In this document: one piece after another, positions 30,992 to 41,190 of the stretch
Position numbering within the stretch: the first letter of the stretch is position 1
How the letters are laid out: each line of letters begins with the position of its first letter
Assembly (NCBI GenBank): GCA_963713045.1
Contig: CAVQKE010000007.1
Span: forward strand, 416,001-480,000
DNA: 64,000 nucleotides
From: an uncultured delta proteobacterium
GTDB taxonomy: Bacteria > Myxococcota > Myxococcia > Myxococcales > Myxococcaceae
Direction: 5' to 3'
Position numbers and translations under genes: made by a program
The notes under the pieces: model-generated
What the model was told of the DNA's origin: nothing
What the model saw: the letters and a program-made list of their open reading frames with translations, nothing else
Database searches by the model: none

Positions 30992-31322
30992 CAGCAGGCC
31001 GCTGGCCGGATTCGAGGACTCCGCCCCCGTCTTCGCCGCCCTGGGAGATGCGACCCGCCTGCGCTTGGTGACGCGGCTCTGCCACCGTGGGCCCTTGTCC
31101 ATCACCCACCTCGCCTCCGGCTCCCGGAAGAGCCGCCAGGCGATTACCAAGCATCTGGTGGTGATGGAGCGCGCCGGCCTGGTCCGCGGACGCCGACGGG
31201 GACGCGAGCGGATTTGGGAATTGGACCGGGGGCGTCTGCAAGACGCGCGGCGCCACCTGGAACTCGTCTCCCAGGAATGGGACGGCGCCCTCGAACGGCT
31301 GCGCACGTTTGTCGAAACCTAA
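30981..31322 (+). CDS. ArsR/SmtB-family transcriptional regulator
   Basis: FAALGDATRL.LV..L and SRQAITKHL.V.E.AGLV...R.GRER motifs. Confidence 0.9.
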   Translation: MPASSRPLAGFEDSAPVFAALGDATRLRLVTRLCHRGPLSITHLASGSRKSRQAITKHLVVMERAGLVRGRRRGRERIWELDRGRLQDARRHLELVSQEWDGALERLRTFVET

Positions 31323-31451
31323 GAGGGCGACCGCCCGCCTCCCGCCAAACGGGCCCGGAGTCTTCATCCCCGCGCGGGCCTGAGGGCATGCGCCCTGGAA
31401 GGCGTCCGACGACCGGGAACACCCCAGCGACGGGCTGGTGGGGCCGGCTGT

Positions 31452-32831
31452 CTAGAAGTCCAGGCGCACCAGCGCCCGGCCACCGAGGAGTTGGTCCTTG
31501 GCGTTGGTGGCCGTGTAAACGACGGTGCCTCCCGTCGTCAGCGAGTAGAACGTCGCGGAGAAGTCGCCATACAGCCGCAGGCTGAGTGGGCCCACAATGT
31601 AGAAGCCAAAGCCCAGCTCCCCTTCCAGGGCGTAGGCGCTGCCGGATGTGTAGAAGACCGGGTTGGTGTTGCCGATGAGCTGCGTCTGCTGGAACCAGTA
31701 GACGTAGTCACCGCCGATGAGGATGAGGAACCAGCTCCCAATCGGAATCTCCACCTTCAGTCCCGCTGAGACACCCAACAGGTTTTGGTTGGGAAGTCCG
31801 GGGAAGGCGGTGGAGGCGTTGCTGACCTCGAAACGGTAGGTGCGAAAGGCCACCGGAATGTCGATGGCGAAGTCCGAGTATTTCACCGGACGGATGCGGG
31901 CCTCCAGGCCGGCGGCGCCCATCCCAAAGTTGGTGGTCTGCTGCGCGCCGGTGGCCGGCTGCTGACTCTGCAGCCCGATGGAGAACTGGTACTGGGCAAA
32001 AATCCCAAGGCCGGTGAAGAAGCTTCCCGTCTTCGCGAAGGGAAAGAATTCCAGGCCAATGTCCAGCATCCCGATGACGTTGGCGGTGTAGGTCAGCAGG
32101 TTTTCGGTGGCACCGGCCGGGTAGGTGTAACTGAGGTTTCGGTGGAGGAAGGTCCCTCCCACCTCGACCGAAAACATCGGCTGGCCGCGCACGCCACCCA
32201 CGTTGGTGGCCGGCGTCGCGTCAATGGCGACCGGCGTGTCCGCCAGCGAGCGCTCGCCGGCCGCGCCGGGCGGGGGTGGCACCGGTTCGAGCGTGGAGGG
32301 CGGCGGTGCCGTCACCATGGGGGAGGTGGGCGTGGTGGAGGCAACCGGCGGCGGCGGTGCGGCTGCAGCTTCCGCCGCGGCCACGGCCGCCACCCCGGAG
32401 ACGTCCTCGGAGAAGCCGAGGACGGGACCCGACTCATGCACCAACTGCTTGAGGGCGAGGCTGCTCAAGTTGCGCTTCGAGCTGAGTGGGAAGCTCCAGG
32501 TCTGCGTCGGCTTGGAGGAGCCGGCCAACAGCGCCACGCCCGCGGTGTACCCCTTCTTCGTCTTGGTGATGTTGGTGGTGAAGATGCCGACCACGCGCTC
32601 CTTCTTCGCCTTTTTCCAGTCCGGCTTCTTGTTGGTGGACACCTTGGCGTAGGGGACGCAGTTGTACACCTTGCACAACTCGCCGTTGAGCTGGCTTCCC
32701 ACCGCGTTGTTCTTGTCTCCGTGGACCGGCGCCAGAGAGATGCGCGGCGGAGAGCCTGCTGCTTGTCCCAGCGCCACGCTGGCCAGGCCCACCGTCGCCA
32801 GCACTGCCCAACCCACCGAGACTCGCATCAT
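31452..32831 (-). CDS. Hypothetical outer-membrane protein (N-terminal domain, Pro/Thr linker, beta-barrel)
   Basis: Signal peptide; alternating amphipathic strands; ends in Phe (LVRLDF). Confidence 0.65.
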   Translation of the reverse strand: MMRVSVGWAVLATVGLASVALGQAAGSPPRISLAPVHGDKNNAVGSQLNGELCKVYNCVPYAKVSTNKKPDWKKAKKERVVGIFTTNITKTKKGYTAGVALLAGSSKPTQTWSFPLSSKRNLSSLALKQLVHESGPVLGFSEDVSGVAAVAAAEAAAAPPPPVASTTPTSPMVTAPPPSTLEPVPPPPGAAGERSLADTPVAIDATPATNVGGVRGQPMFSVEVGGTFLHRNLSYTYPAGATENLLTYTANVIGMLDIGLEFFPFAKTGSFFTGLGIFAQYQFSIGLQSQQPATGAQQTTNFGMGAAGLEARIRPVKYSDFAIDIPVAFRTYRFEVSNASTAFPGLPNQNLLGVSAGLKVEIPIGSWFLILIGGDYVYWFQQTQLIGNTNPVFYTSGSAYALEGELGFGFYIVGPLSLRLYGDFSATFYSLTTGGTVVYTATNAKDQLLGGRALVRLDF

Positions 32832-32995
32832 CCTGCCCCTTGTTTCGTGAGAGGAGGCGCCCCTTGGCCGCCGTCGCGGCCGAGGCGCCTTCCAAGAGCG
32901 AAATCAGACCCCGGCTCGGCCACTCGGGCAAGCAAACTTCCGCCACACCCAGGGTGCCCCGCGGTGTACAAGTGTGGGCAGCCCGCGCTGCTACA

Positions 32996-33068
32996 GGGCC
33001 CTTAGCTCAGCGGTCAGAGCTGTCGGCTCATAACCGATTGGTCCCTGGTTCGAATCCAGGAGGGCCCA
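32996..33068 (+). tRNA. tRNA with CAT anticodon, most likely tRNA-Ile2 (lysidine type); CCA not encoded
   Basis: Acceptor GGGCCCT/AGGGCCC, D arm GCTC/GAGC, anticodon loop CT-CAT-AA, T loop TTCGAAT, discriminator A. Resembles ileX-type rather than initiator Met tRNA. Confidence 0.92.
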
Positions 33069-34500
33069 CTTCAACTGACACCAGCCGGCCGTTGCGCAGC
33101 GCGAGGACTGGGCAAAACGGCTCGCTCCCCTCCTCGAAGCGCGGCCAGGGCATTCCCGCCACCGGCGCTAACACTGAACGACGCACCGAGCGCACAAAGC
33201 GCGGCGGCTCCGCCGGCGGCGGCGTTGCCAGAAGCTTCCACACCGGCACGTCCCGTTCCAACAACCGGCGCGCGAAAGAGAAAAACCAGGGGGAGCCACG
33301 GCACGGGCCGAGCGCGGCGAACCACATCTGCCAGTCCAACCGCGGCATGTCCGGCGCCACCCAGGAAGGCCCCACGTCATCCGGCTTGTCGCGGAAGTGG
33401 AGAGGTTGCCAGGCTTGGCCGTCCTCGCTGACGTCCAGGCTGATTTCATCCCGCTGCGTCGTCATGACGGCGAACAGGCCGTAGTGGTTGATGACGCCCA
33501 AGGGCGCCAGCACCTCCAGCGCTGGCGCCAAGGGCACCGGGCCGCCCAGCCCGGCGATGAAGGCCTGAAGGCCCAAGACGGCCAGCGTCCCGGCTGCAAG
33601 GCGCAGTGGCCAGCTGGCAGGCGCCGCCGGCCGAGGTTCCCTGCCTCGCAACACCCAGCGCCCCAGGGCACCGAGGTCGCCGTCCTGCAGCATGGCCGCC
33701 ACCAGCGCCACCGACAGCAAATTGAAGAAGCCATAATTGCCGGTGAGGGCAATGACCAGCTGCAATGAGGCCAGCGCCACCGCGCCCGCCAAGCGCACTG
33801 GGCGCGGGCCGAGGAGGCAGAAGGCCGCGCCAAGCTCCACCGCCAGCGTCATCGCGCAGGCGGCATCCAAGAGGCGGGGCGGCCACACCGCCACCCATAG
33901 GCCAAGCGGCGTCGGCAACGGCTGCGTCCAGAAGTGGTAGCGCAGCGCAGTGAGGTTGCGCCAGGTGACGTCACCGCTGAGCAGCTTCACCGCACCACTG
34001 GCCACCATCAGCCGGACCAGCAGCAGCTGCACACACCGCCAGCTTGCCATGGGCGGGGAGTCACTCCACCGAGGGCGAAGCCCGGCCGGCGACACCAAGA
34101 CGGTGAGGAGCCCGGCTTCAGCCAGCAGTGCGTCCCACTGGAAGTGCCAGAAGACATGCCCCACGCTGACCAGCGAGATGTGCAGGACGAGCGCCACCGA
34201 CAGCGCCCAGCGCGGCGCCAGCCCCAGCGCCGCCACCAGCCCGGCCAGCGCGCCCACCAGGCACAGCCCCTGGAGCGCCCCGGCGCTGGCGTTAAGCCAC
34301 AGCACCGACGGCAACGCCCAGCCAGCCTTCCAGGGCCCCCAGGCCTCGCCCGCGTTGCGCAGGAGGGCCGCGGCTGGTGCAATGCCTTGAGGGCCGAGAA
34401 GCCCGCGCACCTGGCCGAAGGCAGAAACGAAGGCGAAAAAGAAGCTGAGGCCCACCCCGGCCACCACCAGACGTCGCGGGGCTGCCCGACTCGCCCTCAC
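33028..34500 (-). CDS. Lipase maturation factor (LMF) family membrane protein
   Basis: FQWD.LL.EAG, SG.VKL..GD.TWRNLTAL.YH..TQPLPTP, TGNYGFFNLL, YGLFAVMT and MPRLDWQMWFAAL motifs. Confidence 0.92.
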   Translation of the reverse strand: MRASRAAPRRLVVAGVGLSFFFAFVSAFGQVRGLLGPQGIAPAAALLRNAGEAWGPWKAGWALPSVLWLNASAGALQGLCLVGALAGLVAALGLAPRWALSVALVLHISLVSVGHVFWHFQWDALLAEAGLLTVLVSPAGLRPRWSDSPPMASWRCVQLLLVRLMVASGAVKLLSGDVTWRNLTALRYHFWTQPLPTPLGLWVAVWPPRLLDAACAMTLAVELGAAFCLLGPRPVRLAGAVALASLQLVIALTGNYGFFNLLSVALVAAMLQDGDLGALGRWVLRGREPRPAAPASWPLRLAAGTLAVLGLQAFIAGLGGPVPLAPALEVLAPLGVINHYGLFAVMTTQRDEISLDVSEDGQAWQPLHFRDKPDDVGPSWVAPDMPRLDWQMWFAALGPCRGSPWFFSFARRLLERDVPVWKLLATPPPAEPPRFVRSVRRSVLAPVAGMPWPRFEEGSEPFCPVLALRNGRLVSVEVGPPGFEPGTNRL

Positions 34501-34512
34501 CTTGGAAAGCCG

Positions 34513-35397
34513 TTAGCGGTGTGCGGTTGCGTTGAGGAAGAGGGCCGCGAAGAGGCCGGCGAGGTAGACCAGCGAGTAGAAGAAGCTTTTCCTCGCCCAG
34601 CCCGCGCCAAGCCGTCGCACCACGCCCCACGCCTGGACGCCCAGGAAGGCCACGCCCAGGGCGGCGGCCACCACCAGGTAAAAGCGCCCGGCGACATGCA
34701 GCGGGACGAGGACCAGCGTCATCGGCACCAACAGGACGGTGGTGGCCAGCATGGACCAGCGTGCCGCTTCATCCCCGAGGTGAAGCGGCACGGTGTGCAG
34801 CCCGGCCTTGCGGTACTCGGCCTTGCGGAAGAGGGCAATGGCCAGAAAGTGGGGCAGCTGCCACAGCACGAGGATGCTGAACAGGACCAGGCCACCAAGG
34901 TCGAGCCTCCCGGTCACCGCTGTCCAGCCCATCAGGGGAGGGAGCGCGCCCGGTACCGTTCCCACCAGCATCGAGAGGTCGGTGTGTCCCTTCATCGGGG
35001 TGTAGATGAGGACGTAGGTGAGCAGCGCCAGTAAGCCGAGGCCGGTGGTGAGCCAATTGCTTCCCACCGCCAGCACCGGGAGAGACACGGCCGCCAGCGC
35101 CAGAGCAAAAAAGAGCGCGACCGGGGGGTCCATGCGTCCGGCCGGAAGCGGCCGGTTGCGCGTCCGCACCATCGCCCGGTCAACGTCACGCTCGACGTAG
35201 CAGTTGAGGGCGTTGGCGGCGCCCACCGTCCCGGCCGTGCCCAACAGGGTGAGCAGCCACCGCCCCGGCGTCAGCCCCCCTGGAGCCAGCCACATCCCGC
35301 CAGCGCAGGTGCACAGCACCAGGCTCGACAGTCTGGGCTTGGTCAGCGAGAGCAAGTCGCTGGCCGAGACTGGGCGATTCACCACCTGGGCATTCAC
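34513..35397 (-). CDS. cyoE: Protoheme IX farnesyltransferase (heme O synthase)
   Basis: LTKPR, N...ERD.D..M.RT.NRPLP.GR, YTP.K, GA.PPL.GW and WQ.PHF.A.A motifs. Confidence 0.95.
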   Translation of the reverse strand: MNAQVVNRPVSASDLLSLTKPRLSSLVLCTCAGGMWLAPGGLTPGRWLLTLLGTAGTVGAANALNCYVERDVDRAMVRTRNRPLPAGRMDPPVALFFALALAAVSLPVLAVGSNWLTTGLGLLALLTYVLIYTPMKGHTDLSMLVGTVPGALPPLMGWTAVTGRLDLGGLVLFSILVLWQLPHFLAIALFRKAEYRKAGLHTVPLHLGDEAARWSMLATTVLLVPMTLVLVPLHVAGRFYLVVAAALGVAFLGVQAWGVVRRLGAGWARKSFFYSLVYLAGLFAALFLNATAHR

Positions 35398-35552
35398 GGC
35401 TGGAGAACCTCGCGCTCGGCGACGGGATGCAGGGGCCAAGGTGTACCGGGCCGTGCGACTTCCATCAAGCCCGACCCCACGTCGGTGTGGAAGTGGGGCG
35501 CGGCCGCCGTCGCCACAGGCCCGTTGTCAAAGCGCCCCGCGGCGTGGCCGGT

Positions 35553-37802
35553 CTATTGCGCGATGCGTTGCGCCTCCACGGCGTGCTCGCCGCGGGGGTC
35601 AAGCCGGAGGTAGGCCAACGCGCTTGCCCGGGCCTTGTCCTTCGCCCTTTTGTCGGTGGCCAAAAGATGCGCGTAGAAGAAGTAGGCCTCGGGGTAGTCG
35701 GCGTCCGAGTTGAGGGCCTTTTGGTAAGCCTCATCGGCGCGGGTGCGGTCGCCCATCGCTTCATAGGTGCGGCCGAGTTCGGTAAAGGTTTCCGCAATGC
35801 GGCGCGATTGTCCGAGGTACTCCTCGCTGGCCTTCACCAGCTGCTTCTCGGATTCTTTGAAGTCACCCTTTTCCCGGTAGGCGATGCCCAGCTGCAGCCG
35901 CGCATCCGGGTTGCGTGTCTTGGGGTCGGCCAGCGCCTTGTTGTACTGCGCAATGGCGTCGTCCAAACGCCCCTGCCGCCGGTACGCTTGCCCGAGCAGC
36001 ACCATCAGCTTCGGGCTGTCCGGCAGCGTCCGGTTGGCCGTCACCAGGGCGTCCTGGGCCTCGCGCGCCCCGTCCGGCTTCAGCATCAACGCCCGCGCCA
36101 AGTCCACGTAGAACTGTGCGCGGGTGGGGTCCATCTTCACCGCCTCCCGCATTTCCTGGATGCCAGCGTCGAGCTGGCCGTCCGCCACCAAGCGCTTGCC
36201 CTTGAGGAGCCGCAACTCGGGATTGTTGCGGTCCAAGTTGAATGCCTCCTGCTCCTCCTTGGCCTCCAGGGCTGCGGCCTCGGTGTGGTCGAGCGGCACA
36301 TTGGTTCGCTCGGCCAGGCTCTTCTGCTCATCCGGCTTGAGCAGCGGCAGCGCCGCTTGCACCCGCGCGATGAGCAACGCCCGAGCCATGTGGGCCACCG
36401 CCAGCTGCCGGGGAGAGGGCGGCGGTTCCCCTTCCAACAGCTTCTTCAGGTTGATGGCGGCGGCGGGATAGCGCGCGGGATTGTCCTGTTCGAGGAGGAG
36501 CAGGCTGAGCCCAAGCAGCGAGGCGGAGTGGTCCTTTTCATAGCGGAGGGCAAAGCCAAAATTCTGCTCGGCGCTCCTGGCATCACCTCGACGGCGGTGC
36601 AGTGCCCCCAGCGCTGCATAGACGCGCGGGTCGCTCGGCGCCAGCGCCTGCGCCTTCTCCAGACTCTCGCGGGCGCGCTCCAAGTCGCCGGCATTCATCT
36701 GCACCAGTCCCAAGGTGAGGTAGAGAAGCGAGGAGGCATGGCCCTCTTCGTCGAAGGCCTTCACCTGCCGCGACAGCTCTCCCAGGGCGCGGGTTCCCTG
36801 CCCCGAGTATTGCTGGAGCAGCGCTTCGGCCGCGTAGAGGTGGCTGTCCACCTCGTTCCCTGCCTTGGCAGCCTGGAGGTGCTCCTCGGCGAAGCGCCGT
36901 GCGTCGTCCCCGTCCCCGTGCTCGCCCCAGCGAATGGCGTAGGCGTAGGCCAGGTCGGCGTGCGGAGTGACTGCCTTCGGCTCGACCTCAAGGGCCTGTT
37001 CGGCGGCCGTACACGCGAGCTTGTACGAGGCGAAGCTGTCGTGCTTCAGCTGCTCGCTCGCCTCCTTCAGGTTGCGGCTGTAGATGTTGGCACGGCGCGC
37101 CGTCCACTGACCCCAGACGTAGAAGCCGGTCACCGTCACTGCGCCCAGCCCGAGCAGGATGAAGAACGCCTTGGCAGCACCGGAGCTGGCCTTGGCGTGC
37201 TTTCTCAGACGCTCGTCCTCCTCTTCGGTAGCGCGCAGCATCGTCCGTGACACGGTGGCGGCGGGCGCCCCGTTGACGGGCATGCGGGCCGCCGGCCCCT
37301 CCCCCGTCCGGGGCGCCCGGGTGCCGGCCTGCGGAGGGGGAGGCGCGACGGGTTCTGGCGGCGGAGGCGGCCGAGGCGGTTCCAGCTTCCATTGGGCGAA
37401 CAGGGCCAGCGTCTCGGCGTCGGTGGGGGCGAGCTCCCAAGCCTTGAGGAGGTTGGCCTGCCCAGCGCTGACATCTCCCGTCTTCATCTGCAGTGCGCCG
37501 ATTTGTCGCAGAATGGTGCGGTCCTCTGGCGCCACTTGCAGCGCGGCCGTCAGCTCCTCGATGGCCTTCTTGTCCTTCCCCTGGTCGGCATAGACGCGCG
37601 CCAGCAGCACCCGTGGGTCCGGACGGTTGGGGTGCGCTTTCACACCCTTCTTACAAACGACCATGGCCTCCATGAAGCGGCCCATGCCGAGGTAGGCCTC
37701 GGCGAGAGGACGGTAGGCATCGGAGCTCGGGTCCGACGCAAAAGCATGCTCGAGTTTCGCGAGCTCTTGCGGGCTCGGCGGCTTCACTGGGTTGGGAGTC
37801 AT
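35553..37802 (-). CDS. Membrane-anchored tetratricopeptide-repeat protein
   Basis: N-terminal TPRs, Pro-rich linker, a single TM (AFFILLGLGAVTVTGFYVW) and many C-terminal TPRs. Confidence 0.85.
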   Translation of the reverse strand: MTPNPVKPPSPQELAKLEHAFASDPSSDAYRPLAEAYLGMGRFMEAMVVCKKGVKAHPNRPDPRVLLARVYADQGKDKKAIEELTAALQVAPEDRTILRQIGALQMKTGDVSAGQANLLKAWELAPTDAETLALFAQWKLEPPRPPPPPEPVAPPPPQAGTRAPRTGEGPAARMPVNGAPAATVSRTMLRATEEEDERLRKHAKASSGAAKAFFILLGLGAVTVTGFYVWGQWTARRANIYSRNLKEASEQLKHDSFASYKLACTAAEQALEVEPKAVTPHADLAYAYAIRWGEHGDGDDARRFAEEHLQAAKAGNEVDSHLYAAEALLQQYSGQGTRALGELSRQVKAFDEEGHASSLLYLTLGLVQMNAGDLERARESLEKAQALAPSDPRVYAALGALHRRRGDARSAEQNFGFALRYEKDHSASLLGLSLLLLEQDNPARYPAAAINLKKLLEGEPPPSPRQLAVAHMARALLIARVQAALPLLKPDEQKSLAERTNVPLDHTEAAALEAKEEQEAFNLDRNNPELRLLKGKRLVADGQLDAGIQEMREAVKMDPTRAQFYVDLARALMLKPDGAREAQDALVTANRTLPDSPKLMVLLGQAYRRQGRLDDAIAQYNKALADPKTRNPDARLQLGIAYREKGDFKESEKQLVKASEEYLGQSRRIAETFTELGRTYEAMGDRTRADEAYQKALNSDADYPEAYFFYAHLLATDKRAKDKARASALAYLRLDPRGEHAVEAQRIAQ

Positions 37803-37964
37803 CCGGAGGTTCGGGTTGGGCAATCTAGAGGGAAACCGCTACCGCTGGAAGACGGGAGCAAGCGGTGCGAGCCGTACCTACGCCTGCAGCAGCGTCCGTT
37901 GACAGCCCGGGAGGTGCAGAAGTACACGCTGTGGCCCATTTCGTAACCCATGTCCGCAGTGGTT

Positions 37965-38037
<73 letters not shown>

Positions 38038-38054
38038 CTGGTGCCCGCCGTCCG

Positions 38055-38084
38055 GGGGTTCAGGTCCACGCGGACCTGAACCCC
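38055..38084 (+). terminator. Perfect 13-bp hairpin after tRNA-Ala (terminator-like, no U tract)
   Basis: GGGGTTCAGGTCC-ACGC-GGACCTGAACCCC. Confidence 0.55.
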
Positions 38085-38101
38085 GCAGCCGCTGACGCGC
38101 A

Positions 38102-39133
38102 GTGAGAAGCCTCGGCGCCGAACTGCTGACTGTCGACCAGGCCACCGGCCTCGGCACACTCCGTTTCACCGACGGCAAGCTCGCTCCGTTTCCCCTCGGA
38201 GGTGTCACCGGCTTCGTGCCCGTTCCGGGCTTGGCCGTCGTCGCGCAGCTCGCGGCCGACGGCGCGGTGGTGCGCGTACATTTGCCGTCCCACCCAAGCA
38301 AAGCGGACCCGGAGCGCTCGGCCGACGTCGGCTGGGTCACCGTCCTTCGCGACAAGGCCCTTCTGCAGGACGTCCGGGCGCTTGAAGACCTCCTCGAAGA
38401 CGTCGGCAGCCCTCGGCCCCGTCTCGCCGTCCATCCAGGCCAGGCCCGCGGAGGCGGCGTGGTGGAACTCGTCTGGCCGACAACGCACATGCTCCTCATC
38501 GAGACGGCGGCATCGTTTGCACTCGGTACAGTCGACCAGCGTGCATTGCCACCCGGCTTCCTCGCGGGGAGCTACCACCTCGCGCTTCTGCCGGCCCCAG
38601 TGGACCCAGCCGACGAGCGGCGCCTTCTCGGAGCGGACTTCCCGGACCCGTGGGCCGAGCAGGGAACGCTGCGCCGTGCCTCGCGCCTGCTGCGGGCGCT
38701 GCTGCTGTCGGACGGCCGGGGCCTGGTCCTGCATCGGGCCGGAAAGCTGGCACTCGGGCGGGAGGATGGGCTGCGGCGCTTGGGCGACCTCAAAGACATC
38801 GAAGCCCGGCCCTTCGGCGCGTGGATTGACTGGGCTCTCACCGAGGACCGGCGGGCCTACCGCACGCTGGGGATGGCCACGCTCGGCGGCGAAGACGTGG
38901 AGATTGCACTCTCCAACCCGGACGCGGACGTCGAGCTGGACAGCGCTGAGTCGGCGCTCCTCTTCGCCTGCATGCTCCAGGTGCGCGAAAACCGCTTCCT
39001 TGCCGACGGCGAAATGTTTCACGTGCCCAAGGACGTCCGGGTCGGCGCCCGCGGCGCAAGCGCCGTCTCACGGACGGGCTACCGTTACTTTGCCCACCGC
39101 GGCCATGCCCGCGTTCAGCTCGTCCGCGGCTGA
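38102..39133 (+). CDS. Hypothetical protein (possible N-terminal OB-like domain and DUF4261-like C-terminus)
   Basis: 343-aa ORF with coding-like codon bias; 'YRTLGM..LG.EDVE...LADGE' weakly resembles DUF4261. Confidence 0.6.
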   Translation: MRSLGAELLTVDQATGLGTLRFTDGKLAPFPLGGVTGFVPVPGLAVVAQLAADGAVVRVHLPSHPSKADPERSADVGWVTVLRDKALLQDVRALEDLLEDVGSPRPRLAVHPGQARGGGVVELVWPTTHMLLIETAASFALGTVDQRALPPGFLAGSYHLALLPAPVDPADERRLLGADFPDPWAEQGTLRRASRLLRALLLSDGRGLVLHRAGKLALGREDGLRRLGDLKDIEARPFGAWIDWALTEDRRAYRTLGMATLGGEDVEIALSNPDADVELDSAESALLFACMLQVRENRFLADGEMFHVPKDVRVGARGASAVSRTGYRYFAHRGHARVQLVRG

Positions 39134-39181
39134 AGGCCCCTCCCTTCAGCCCGCGGAGGGCTCGCCTCTGGAGAGCCGGGA

Positions 39182-40498
39182 CTAAAACTGCTGCGTCTCG
39201 GTCGACTCGTTCAGGGCCAGGGTGGAGGCCAGACCACCCGAGATGACTTGGGCCACGTCGTCGAAGTAGCCCGTGCCCACCTCGCGTTGGTGGCGTGTCG
39301 CGGTGTAGCCGTCCGCTTCGGCGGCGAACTCGGCGGTCTGAAGTCGCGCGTAGGCGGACATCCCTTCTGTGCGGTAGGCGTGCGCCAGCTCGAACATCCC
39401 GTAGTTCAGCGCGTGAAAACCGGCCAGCGTGACGAATTGGAATTTGTACCCCATCGCGCCAAGTTCTCGCTGGAAGCGCGCGATGGTGGCGTCGTCCAGG
39501 TTCTTCTTCCAATTGAAGGACGGCGAGCAGTTGTAGGCGAGCAGCTTGTTCGGGAATTTCGCTCGGATGGCCTCGGCAAAGGCCCGGGCCTCCGTTAGGT
39601 CCGGCTTGGACGTCTCGCACCAGAGGAGGTCCGCGTACGGCGCGTAGGCCAGGCCACGGGCGATGGCGCACTCCAGTCCTCCACGGAGGTGGAAGAAGCC
39701 CTCGGCCGTCCGCTCGCCCGGAAGAATGAAGTCCCGGTCCCGCGGGTCGACGTCCGACAGCAGCAGCTTCGCGCTGTCGGCGTCCGTCCGGGCGACGAGG
39801 AGCGTTGGCACGTCGCACACGTCGGCGGCCAGCCGGGCTGCCACCAGCGTCCGGATGAAGTGGCTGGTGGGGACGAGCACCTTGCCACCCATGTGGCCGC
39901 ACTTCTTCTCCGAGGCGACCTGGTCCTCGAAGTGGACCCCAGCCGCGCCGGCGTCAATCATCGACTTCATCAACTCGAAGGCGTTGAGCGGGCCGCCAAA
40001 GCCGGCTTCCGCGTCGGCGAGGATGGGCACCAGCCAATGGTGCTGGGCCTTACCCTCCGCGTGCTCAATCTGGTCCGCCCGGCGGAGGGACTGGTTGATT
40101 TTTCGCACCACCTGCGGCACCGAGTCGACTGGGTAGAGACTCTGGTCTGGGTACATCTGCCCGGCGCTGTTGGCATCCGCGGCCACCTGCCAGCCCGAAA
40201 GGTAAATGGCCTTCAACCCCGCGCGCACCATTTGCACCGCCTGGTTGCCGGTAAGGGCGCCCAGCGCTGCCACGTAGTCCTCCGTGTGGAGCAGCTCCCA
40301 GAGACGCCGGGCTCCCAAGTCGGCAAGCGTGTACGCCACCCGCACCGTGCCCCGCAGTCGCTCGACGTCCGCGGTGGAGTAAGGCCGGAAAATCCCTGCG
40401 AAGCGCCGTCCATGCAGCGCAGTCGCTGCGTCCCCTTTGGGCGAAACCGGGGAGGACGGCGAAGCGGACCCTTCCTTCATCACCATCGCAATCGACAT
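39182..40498 (-). CDS. aceA: Isocitrate lyase
   Basis: Catalytic [47 protein letters not shown] and [11 protein letters not shown] motifs. Confidence 0.98.
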   Translation of the reverse strand: MSIAMVMKEGSASPSSPVSPKGDAATALHGRRFAGIFRPYSTADVERLRGTVRVAYTLADLGARRLWELLHTEDYVAALGALTGNQAVQMVRAGLKAIYLSGWQVAADANSAGQMYPDQSLYPVDSVPQVVRKINQSLRRADQIEHAEGKAQHHWLVPILADAEAGFGGPLNAFELMKSMIDAGAAGVHFEDQVASEKKCGHMGGKVLVPTSHFIRTLVAARLAADVCDVPTLLVARTDADSAKLLLSDVDPRDRDFILPGERTAEGFFHLRGGLECAIARGLAYAPYADLLWCETSKPDLTEARAFAEAIRAKFPNKLLAYNCSPSFNWKKNLDDATIARFQRELGAMGYKFQFVTLAGFHALNYGMFELAHAYRTEGMSAYARLQTAEFAAEADGYTATRHQREVGTGYFDDVAQVISGGLASTLALNESTETQQF

Positions 40499-40813
40499 GG
40501 CCGTTCATTCCTTGGTCAGAGGTGGCAGACTGTTGTCAATCAGTAACTGTCATGACGTGGTGCAATGTAAATGCTGCCACGGGCATGTAGGCGGACGCAA
40601 GCACGAGCGCAGTTCACCCTCCATCCCCTTGGAACCCTCTCTATTTACAGGTGGATGGGAGAGATGACGTCGGTTTGTAAACGGTGTGTCTGGCGCTGGA
40701 CCTCGCGACGTAAATACGGAACCCAGACACCACCCTTGGGCAGCCTGCGTGGCCCACGGGGAGTGGACACGGACGGGCTGCCGTTGGGGCTTCCCGGCCC
40801 GGGCGGTGTATTT

Positions 40814-41134
40814 CTAGGCCCCCGGGACGGGGGGGGCTGGCGTCACGTCGACAGCAAGCGCAGCGGCGGCCTTGCGCTTGGGCGTGGCAGCACCTCGGCA
40901 GCTCCGGCACCAGGGCTGGTTGCGGATGGCGCCGTCCGGCATTCGCCGGAGCCCGAATTGGGCCAGCGGGCGAATGTGGTGGCACTTCAGACACATCAGC
41001 GTAATCAGCACTTCGTTGCCCTCCCCGTCGAAGATGGACGAGGGGCGGCGACGGCGAGGCTTGGTGTCTCCACGGCCCGGAGCGGGCGGCTTGCGAGTAC
41101 CCGGAAGCATGGCCGGGGTGACTTTGTAGAGCAT
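40814..41134 (-). CDS. Small hypothetical protein with a CxxC...CxxC zinc-ribbon-like motif
   Basis: CLKC...FG.R....G.IRNQPWCRSC; basic N-terminus; start uncertain (41134 or 41110). Confidence 0.6.
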   Translation of the reverse strand: MLYKVTPAMLPGTRKPPAPGRGDTKPRRRRPSSIFDGEGNEVLITLMCLKCHHIRPLAQFGLRRMPDGAIRNQPWCRSCRGAATPKRKAAAALAVDVTPAPPVPGA

Positions 41135-41190
41135 CGCGGGCCGGCAGATGAGCAGGCCAATCTGACAAGGCCCCCCCGGGGGGCGCCCCC

